Shown here piece by piece: positions 57,806-64,000 of a stretch of DNA of 64,000 nucleotides (positions are counted from its first letter, which is position 1; every line of letters starts with the position of its first letter). The position numbers and the translations under genes were made by a program. The stretch comes from a bacterium. Lineage in GTDB: Bacteria > Patescibacteriota > Microgenomatia > UBA1400 > PJMF01. The stretch covers positions 3,017-67,016 of the forward strand of contig OMJP01000025.1 of NCBI GenBank assembly GCA_900299405.1, read 5' to 3'. Below the pieces are notes generated by a model that had not been told where the DNA came from, searched no databases, and saw only the letters and a program-made list of their open reading frames with translations.

Positions 57806-59503
57806 GTGAGATTAGACGGGTTATTGAACTTTTCTAGCAAAAAACCAAAAAAATACATCTTCGTTTCTGGAGGGGTGTTGTCTGGTTTGGGCAAAGGAGC
57901 TACTGCCGCCTCGATTGGGGTGCTACTCAAAGACCACGGCTATTCTGTCACCAACCTCAAGTGCGAAAACTATCTCAACCTCGACTCTGGCAACATCAAT
58001 CCCATCGAACATGGCGATGTTTTTCTCTGTGAAGATGGCTTGGAGGCCGACTTGGACCTGGGCACCTACGAGCGCTTCCTGGACAAAGAGGTCGGTTACA
58101 CTAACTTTATTACCATGGGGCAGGTTTATTCTTCGGTCATTGAAAAAGCCAAAAATCTCGAGTACGAAGGGGTAACAGTCGACGCTATTCCTTATGTTCC
58201 CGAGGAAGTGATTCGCCGTATTCGTGAAGCTATCGATGGCTATGACATTATTCTGATCGAGCTGGGCGGAACTGCTGGCGAATACCAAAACATCGTTTAT
58301 TACGAGGCTTATCGCTTGATGAAACAAACTCTACCAGATGATGTGCTGTTGGTGCACGTGACCTATTTCCCGACTCCTTCACACATCAACGAGCTGAAAT
58401 CCAAACCTACTCAGCTGTCGGTCAAAAATCTCCAAGCGATGGGCATTCAGCCAGATATAATTGTCGGCCGAGCCGATTCCTATATCGATGACAAACGTAA
58501 AGAAAAGGTGGCGTACTTCTGTAACATGCATAAAGAAGACGTTATTTCCAATCCCAATGTTGAAAGTATTTACCAAATTCCCTTGATCTTTCATGAGCAG
58601 GGAATGGATAAAAGAATTTTGTCGAAGCTCAAACTGCCGATCAAAAGCACCAAAATGAAAACCTGGAAAGAGCTGGTCGACAAAATCATGAGCAAGAAAG
58701 AGCGTAAATTGTCGATCGCGATCATTGCCAAATATATTGCTACCGGCGATTACGAGCTACAAGATTCCTACACCTCGCTGATCGAGTCGCTACATCACGC
58801 CAGCTGGGAAAATGGAGTTGGTTTGGATCTGATTTTTATCAATGCCGAGGCGCTGCAGAAAAAGCAGAAAAAGGCCGTGGCTAATCTGAAAAAGGCCGAC
58901 GGTATCATTGTGCCGATTGGTTGGGGAGAGCGGGGGGTCGAGGGGAAAATCGATGCCATTCAGTACGCCAGAGAAAAGAAGGTTCCTTATTTGGGTCTCT
59001 GTTACGGTATGCAGCTGGCCTCGATCGAGTTCGCTCGCCACGTAGTCGGTCTGGAAAAGGCACACACTCTGGAGGTGGACGAAAACACTCCTGATCCGAT
59101 CATTCACGACATTCCTTTCGAGAAAAAATATCAAAAAATCAAAGGTGTGGGAGCAAGTATGCGCCTGGGTGCTTATGACTGCGTGCTCAAACCAGGAACC
59201 CTGACCTACAAGATTTATGAGCAGCACAAGGCGTTCAAAGACAAAAAGAAAAATCTGATTTCTGAGCGTCATCGCCATCGTTATGAGTTTAATAATAAAT
59301 ATCGTGACATTCTCACTGAAAAAGGTTTCGTCATTTCTGGCACTACTCCAGATGATTTCTTTGTAGAGATGATCGAGCTGCCCCAGAAAGACCATCCTTT
59401 CTTCCTGGCCACCCAGGCTCATCCTGAATACAAATCCAAACCTTTACACCCGCACCCGATCTTTATCGAATATCTCAAGGCAGTTGGTAAGCACGCTAAA
59501 TAG
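57806..59503 (+). CDS. pyrG: CTP synthase
   Basis: YIFVSGGVLSGLGKG..., glutaminase domain GLCYGMQ; the ORF-track start at 57581 overlaps the converging gene, so a GTG (57806) or TTG (57824) start is inferred. Confidence 0.85.
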   Translation: MRLDGLLNFSSKKPKKYIFVSGGVLSGLGKGATAASIGVLLKDHGYSVTNLKCENYLNLDSGNINPIEHGDVFLCEDGLEADLDLGTYERFLDKEVGYTNFITMGQVYSSVIEKAKNLEYEGVTVDAIPYVPEEVIRRIREAIDGYDIILIELGGTAGEYQNIVYYEAYRLMKQTLPDDVLLVHVTYFPTPSHINELKSKPTQLSVKNLQAMGIQPDIIVGRADSYIDDKRKEKVAYFCNMHKEDVISNPNVESIYQIPLIFHEQGMDKRILSKLKLPIKSTKMKTWKELVDKIMSKKERKLSIAIIAKYIATGDYELQDSYTSLIESLHHASWENGVGLDLIFINAEALQKKQKKAVANLKKADGIIVPIGWGERGVEGKIDAIQYAREKKVPYLGLCYGMQLASIEFARHVVGLEKAHTLEVDENTPDPIIHDIPFEKKYQKIKGVGASMRLGAYDCVLKPGTLTYKIYEQHKAFKDKKKNLISERHRHRYEFNNKYRDILTEKGFVISGTTPDDFFVEMIELPQKDHPFFLATQAHPEYKSKPLHPHPIFIEYLKAVGKHAK

Positions 59504-59548
59504 TTTTTTTGTTGTTTATCTAGCCTTGAGGTGATAGAATGCTCGCCT

Positions 59549-59893
59549 ATGGCACAGTACTTTACTTATCAAGATCAGCAGCTCGCCGCCGGGGACACTG
59601 TTCGAGTGCACCAGGAAATTGTCGAGGGTGGCAAAAAAAGAATCCAGGTTTTTGAGGGCATTATTATCGCGATCAAAAATCGTGGCGCTGGCAAATCTTT
59701 CACTGTTCGCAAAATCGGTGCTAATACTATTGGTGTCGAGAAGATTTTTCCTGTGCAACTGCCCTCAATCAAAAAAATTGAACTAAAACGTCAAGGAGAT
59801 GTTCGCCGCAGCAAGTTATATTACTTGCGTGACAAAGTCGGTAAAGCCGCCACTAGAGTTAAAGAAAAGAGTTCTTTCACCAAAGCAGAATAA
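59549..59893 (+). CDS. rplS: 50S ribosomal protein L19
   Basis: [29 protein letters not shown]. Confidence 0.9.
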   Translation: MAQYFTYQDQQLAAGDTVRVHQEIVEGGKKRIQVFEGIIIAIKNRGAGKSFTVRKIGANTIGVEKIFPVQLPSIKKIELKRQGDVRRSKLYYLRDKVGKAATRVKEKSSFTKAE

Positions 59894-59894
59894 A

Positions 59895-60242
59895 TTGCGT
59901 AATTTTCGGCTGGGCGCTCGAGGTGAGCGTGTAGCGAAAAAACTGTTGATCGACAAAGGTTATCGAATTCTGGCGGAAAACGTAGTCTTTAAAACTCAGG
60001 AAATTGATTTGGTTGCTCTCGACAATCGTTACCAAGAAGTAGTGTTTGTCGAAGTCAAAACCCGCTGGTCAGCTGATTTTGGCAACCCTAGCGGGGCGGT
60101 GAATTACCACAAGCTCAAGTCAATGAGGCAGGCTGCCAACCAATTCCTCAGAGCCAAAGGCTTACGAAATCTTTACCGTTTTGATATCATAGCGGTTACT
60201 CCTGGAAGAGTAGAGCACTTTGAAAATATTACTTGGCCATAA
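59895..60242 (+). CDS. yraN: YraN family (UPF0102) endonuclease
   Basis: LGARGERVAKKLLIDKGYRIL...EIDLVA...VVFVEVKTR; inferred TTG start right after the rplS stop. Confidence 0.65.
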   Translation: MRNFRLGARGERVAKKLLIDKGYRILAENVVFKTQEIDLVALDNRYQEVVFVEVKTRWSADFGNPSGAVNYHKLKSMRQAANQFLRAKGLRNLYRFDIIAVTPGRVEHFENITWP

Positions 60243-60243
60243 T

Positions 60244-60315
60244 GGCCCCATCGTCTAGCGGTTAGGACACCGGGTTTTCATCCCGGCAACCGGGGTTCGA
60301 TTCCCCGTGGGGTCA
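60244..60315 (+). tRNA. tRNA-Glu (TTC)
   Basis: GGCCCCATCGTCTAGCGGTTAGGAC; anticodon loop UUUUCAU; GGTTCGATTCCCCG T-arm. Confidence 0.85.
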
Positions 60316-60328
60316 CAGAGAGATTTTT

Positions 60329-61048
60329 TTGCTATACTCATTCCTTGTTATGCTTTCTTCGATCATCAGCCCCTTCATAGATTTACTTCATCGTTTCTCG
60401 GAAACTTTGCCGCTGCCGTGGTTCACTGCTATCGGCGCTTTTGTGGAAGAGGTAATTGCTCCCGTACCTTCGCCCCTGGTGATGACTTTGGCTGGTTCGC
60501 TGGCTGGTTCTCAGGGACAAGCGGTGCTGGCGTTACTCTTCTTGGCGGTGGTTGGCTCGATTGGTAAAACGATAGGCAGCTACTTGGTATACTGGCTAGC
60601 TGATAAGGGTGAAGATTTGGTACTGAATAAGTTTGGCAAATTCCTGGGTGTTTCTCACAAAGAGGTCGAGTCGATTGGTAAATATCTCAATGGTAGCTGG
60701 ACCGATGACGTAGTGATTTTCTTGCTGCGTGCCATTCCCATCATGCCTACTGCTCCGGTGTCCTTGGTGGCTGGGCTGATCAAGATCAATCTGAGAACCT
60801 ATCTGGTTTCTACTTTATTGGGGAACATTGTCAGAAACATGGTTTATCTTTATTTCGGCTACACCAGTGTCGGCGCTTTGGAATCTATCAATGAAGGCCT
60901 CGATAGTTTTGAGTCCATTGGTTATGTAGTTTTGGCGGTGATTATGGCTGGCGGCATTCTCTGGTTTTACAGCCAGCGCAAAAAAGGCGGCAAGCTCAAG
61001 TTTATGGAAAAGCTAGCTAGTAAAAAAGCTGATGAACAAGGATCCTAG
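60329..61048 (+). CDS. DedA/VTT-domain (SNARE-associated, TVP38/TMEM64) membrane protein
   Basis: Re-entrant loop region ...GKTIGSYLVYWLA... typical of DedA. Confidence 0.7.
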   Translation: MLYSFLVMLSSIISPFIDLLHRFSETLPLPWFTAIGAFVEEVIAPVPSPLVMTLAGSLAGSQGQAVLALLFLAVVGSIGKTIGSYLVYWLADKGEDLVLNKFGKFLGVSHKEVESIGKYLNGSWTDDVVIFLLRAIPIMPTAPVSLVAGLIKINLRTYLVSTLLGNIVRNMVYLYFGYTSVGALESINEGLDSFESIGYVVLAVIMAGGILWFYSQRKKGGKLKFMEKLASKKADEQGS

Positions 61049-61673
61049 AGATATCAACCTGATTGGTTTGATGGGTCTAACTGGAGTGGGAAAAAGCACT
61101 CTGGTGGATGTAGCTATCAGCCAGCTAGGAATCCAAGGATTCTACGAAGACCCCGGCAACAATCCCTATATCGCTGGCTCATATGCAGAGCCAGAAAAAT
61201 TTGCCCTGAAATCTCAGTTATGGTTTTTGCTCAAAAAACATGAGCTAGTGATGGAGATTCTTCAGCAAGGAAAAACCAGCATTCTCGACATGGCTCCTGG
61301 TGGAGACGCAGCTCATGCTCTGGACAGAACCAACAAAGACAATATTAGCAAGGATGAATATCAAGAAATTTATGAACCATTGTTCGACAAGCTTTTCCCC
61401 TGGCAATTAGTTTCTACCGTGATTTACATGCATGCCAAAACAGACACCATTTTGAAGAGAATTTCTCAAAGGGGTAGAGAGTATGAGACGGGAATCGTGA
61501 CAAAAGATTTACAAAGCCTAGAAAAAGCCAATCTAGCAATGCTTGCCAAGTTGGAAAAAAATGGAGTGAAAATCATCAAGCTGGATACCGAACATATTGA
61601 TCTGGCAAACAGCTCTCAAGACCAACAAAATGCCGCCCAATTTGTCAAAGAAAATGCTATCGATAATCAATAG
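61032..61673 (+). CDS. deoxynucleoside kinase (dAK/dGK family)
   Basis: P-loop GLMGLTGVGKSTL; lid RISQRGREYETGI. Confidence 0.7.
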   Translation: MNKDPRDINLIGLMGLTGVGKSTLVDVAISQLGIQGFYEDPGNNPYIAGSYAEPEKFALKSQLWFLLKKHELVMEILQQGKTSILDMAPGGDAAHALDRTNKDNISKDEYQEIYEPLFDKLFPWQLVSTVIYMHAKTDTILKRISQRGREYETGIVTKDLQSLEKANLAMLAKLEKNGVKIIKLDTEHIDLANSSQDQQNAAQFVKENAIDNQ

Positions 61674-61725
61674 TCCCAACTCGATATTTACATCCTCTCC
61701 CGTTATAATCCAGCTGTAATCTTAT

Positions 61726-61802
61726 GGCACGGTACCAGAGTGGTCTAATGGCGAGGTCTGCAAAACCTTCGTTCGTGGGTTCGAATCCCATCCGTGCCTC
61801 CA
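61726..61802 (+). tRNA. tRNA-Cys (GCA), CCA encoded
   Basis: Anticodon loop CUGCAAA; U73 discriminator; 3' CCA at 61800-61802 shares its A with the miaB ATG. Confidence 0.8.
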
Positions 61803-62956
61803 TGAAAAAAACTTACTACATTCAGACTTTTGGCTGTCAGTCGAATAAAAGCGATTCCGAGCGAATCGCGGGTGACTATGAGGCTAGGGGATATACCGAA
61901 GCGAACGCTTGGACTGATACCGATGAGTTAATTGTGAACAGCTGCGCCATTCGCCAGCGAGCCGAGCACCGCGCTCGCGCTTTCGTGCACAACGCCGTGC
62001 AGTACTACCAGGAAAAAGATAAAAAACGCCCCAAGATCATTTTCACCGGCTGTATGCTCCATCACGGCAAAAATAAAATCATGGAAATGATCCCGCAGAT
62101 CGATGAAGTCCTACCTGTCAATGAAGTTGGCTTCAACCAGGCCGCGGTGCGTAAAGACAAAAAACACGCTTGGGTGCCCATCTCTGCCGGTTGCAACTCT
62201 TTCTGCACCTACTGCATCGTGCCTTATTCTCGAGGCAGAGAGCAGTCGCGCAGTATGGAGGAAATTTTGGAAGAAGTAAAAGATCTGGTCGACCAAGGCT
62301 ACAGCGAAATCACCCTGCTGGGACAAAACGTCAATTCTTGGGGTCTGGAAAAAGTCGGCATTGGCCTCAGGAAAATGCTGATGAGCGATGAAAAGCTAAC
62401 CCGAGAGATGCTGCCCGACAACGCCTCCCAATATCTCAAGCCCAAAGGCACGCCACCATTCGTGGAGCTTTTGAGAAAAATCAGCGACTTCGAAGAAATC
62501 ACCATGATTCGTTTTATCAGTAGCAACCCTTGGGACTTCCATGACGAACTGATCAAGGAAATCGGCAATAATAAAAAAATCGACCGCTACGTCCACCTGC
62601 CAATCCAGTCAGGCAGCGACAGCGTTTTGCAAAGAATGAACCGTGGCTACAGCAAAGCAGACTATCTGGAAATCGCCAAAAAACTCAAGGACATCGATCC
62701 CGACATTGTGCTAGGCACTGACATCATCGTCGGCTTTCCTGGAGAAACAGATGAGGAGTTCGCCGAAACCGTCGAAGTAGTCAAAAGCGCTGACTGGAAA
62801 GTCGGCTTTGTGGCAATGTACTCACCGCGACCAGGTACTGCTGCTGATCGACTCTATGAGGACGACGTGCCGCACAAAATAAAAAAACACCGCTGGGATG
62901 TCTTGGACCAAATCATCAACAAAGACAATCTCTCGGTCCGCCCCAAGGTCGTCTAA
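61802..62956 (+). CDS. miaB: MiaB/RimO-family radical-SAM methylthiotransferase lacking a TRAM domain
   Basis: UPF0004 N-domain (YIQTFGCQSNKSDSE), radical-SAM CNSFCTYC; ends ~60 aa earlier than canonical MiaB. Confidence 0.8.
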   Translation: MKKTYYIQTFGCQSNKSDSERIAGDYEARGYTEANAWTDTDELIVNSCAIRQRAEHRARAFVHNAVQYYQEKDKKRPKIIFTGCMLHHGKNKIMEMIPQIDEVLPVNEVGFNQAAVRKDKKHAWVPISAGCNSFCTYCIVPYSRGREQSRSMEEILEEVKDLVDQGYSEITLLGQNVNSWGLEKVGIGLRKMLMSDEKLTREMLPDNASQYLKPKGTPPFVELLRKISDFEEITMIRFISSNPWDFHDELIKEIGNNKKIDRYVHLPIQSGSDSVLQRMNRGYSKADYLEIAKKLKDIDPDIVLGTDIIVGFPGETDEEFAETVEVVKSADWKVGFVAMYSPRPGTAADRLYEDDVPHKIKKHRWDVLDQIINKDNLSVRPKVV

Positions 62957-63867
62957 TGGCAAAGCCAACTCTCATCTCCGTCGTCGGTCAAACCGCCACT
63001 GGCAAAACCAGCTACGCACTAAAGTTGGCAAACAAATTTTTCAAGCAAGAGTTTTCCAAAGCAGTCTTACTCTCCGCCGATTCCAAACAAGTCTTCCAAG
63101 GATTGGAAATCCTGACTGGCGCTGATCTGCCAAATGATTTTAAGGCTCAAGAGAATAAAAGCTATCTTTACAGATATTTTGCTAAAGACTCAATTGAAAT
63201 CCATGGCGTCTCGATTGTTCCTGGCGACGCAGAGTGGTCCGTCGCTCATTTTGAGCAGCTTTTTAGAAACCTTTACGACCAACTAGATGAAAAAGCTGTT
63301 CTAATAGTTGTCGGTGGCACCGGACTCTATCACCAGCAAATCTTCAATCCAGCAGCAACTACGCATGTTAAACCTGACCAAGAGTTAAGAACGAAACTAG
63401 AAAAACTGAGCTTGGCAGAGTTGCAGCAGCAACTACAGAGACTTAACCCCCAACGCTGGCGGGCGATGAACAATTCCGATCAGCAAAACCCTCGCCGCCT
63501 CATTCGAGCGATCGAGATCGCTGGGGCAGGGGAAGATCAACAACAAGTTGAGGGAATCGAACTAGACGAACAGTTCGGGTTGCAGCTTGGTGATCGAGAA
63601 CTAAAGCAAGCAATCACTGAGCGAGTTGATCAGCGTCTTGAGCAAGGAGTGATCGGGGAGGTTAAAAAATTTGAGCAACAATATCCAGCAAACAATCTCC
63701 AGGCCAAAGCTTCTCTGGGATACGAACCAATCATCAACCACTTGAACAACAAAATTACCTTGGAAGAACTAAAAAAGGCCTGGATCCAGGAAGAAACTCA
63801 ATATGCCAGGCGACAACAGATCTGGTGGCAGAAAAAAACTGGCATAAACTGGTCGAAAAAGCTATAA
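62956..63867 (+). CDS. miaA: tRNA dimethylallyltransferase
   Basis: P-loop LISVVGQTATGKTSYALKLA; start overlaps miaB stop. Confidence 0.85.
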   Translation: MAKPTLISVVGQTATGKTSYALKLANKFFKQEFSKAVLLSADSKQVFQGLEILTGADLPNDFKAQENKSYLYRYFAKDSIEIHGVSIVPGDAEWSVAHFEQLFRNLYDQLDEKAVLIVVGGTGLYHQQIFNPAATTHVKPDQELRTKLEKLSLAELQQQLQRLNPQRWRAMNNSDQQNPRRLIRAIEIAGAGEDQQQVEGIELDEQFGLQLGDRELKQAITERVDQRLEQGVIGEVKKFEQQYPANNLQAKASLGYEPIINHLNNKITLEELKKAWIQEETQYARRQQIWWQKKTGINWSKKL

Positions 63868-63927
63868 TACCCCTGCGCGCAACCGGGCAAGCACTTGACG
63901 TCTTTAATTTTTGACTTTATCAAAAAA

Positions 63928-64000
63928 AGAAGCGAAAAGAGGAAAGTCCGGACAGCAGAGTAGACGGTGTCTGATGAAAATCAGAGATCCCCGCCTAGCG
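63928..64000 (+). ncRNA. rnpB: RNase P RNA, 5' portion (3' partial at window edge)
   Basis: Universally conserved AGAGGAAAGUCCGGAC (P4/CR-I) at 63938-63953; upstream TTGACG-17-TATCAA promoter-like pair. Confidence 0.6.

Overview
The window reads as a dense, mostly housekeeping chromosomal segment from a small-genome bacterium. Short intergenic spacers, several fused genes, a 4-nt gene overlap and frequent tRNAs are consistent with a Candidate Phyla Radiation (CPR)/Patescibacteria-like organism, possibly Saccharibacteria-like, but that placement is inference only. No rRNA, CRISPR array, transposase, integrase or prophage was detected.

Recognisable content:
- Helicase-nuclease C-terminus (partial).
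- AI-2E family transporter.
- Fused PPAT-DPCK (coaD-coaE).
- Five-tRNA cluster (Phe, Val, Leu, Gly, Leu).
- GGDEF diguanylate cyclase.
- prs, typA, proS.
- DHH phosphoesterase, HIT family protein, rpsU.
- lemA-htpX.
- gatCAB-dnaE-ldh.
- NUDIX hydrolase and mutM.
- DMT transporter.
- secA, serS, lysS.
- greA and a complete F1Fo ATP synthase operon (atpBEF-H-AGDC).
- A membrane protein with a LytR_C domain.
- Two adjacent genes carrying three GH130-like glycoside phosphorylase modules.
- efp, a CaCA antiporter, an alpha/beta hydrolase and a lysozyme-like protein.
- GT-C glycosyltransferase.
- YgjP-like protease, holA-like gene.
- PGM/PMM, PGI/PMI and enolase.
- lexA, PduO-type adenosyltransferase, pyrG, rplS, yraN.
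- DedA family protein, deoxynucleoside kinase, miaB-like and miaA genes.
- The 5' end of RNase P RNA.
- 14 tRNAs in total.

Second-look items:
- LysRS with a C-terminal HD-hydrolase domain.
- A divergent enolase with a ~220-aa Pro/Gln/Ala-rich tail and substitutions at catalytic motif positions.
- A PilM-like / TM / LytR_C architecture.
- The tandem GH130 genes, which connect to PMM and PGI/PMI.
- A 73-aa ATP synthase delta together with an alpha N-terminal basic extension.
- A candidate small RNA with a consensus promoter and intrinsic terminator in a convergent intergenic gap.
- A palindromic candidate LexA operator.
- An SLOG/NDT-like domain fused to an RHH domain.
- Overlap of the tRNA-Cys CCA end with the start of a TRAM-less miaB.
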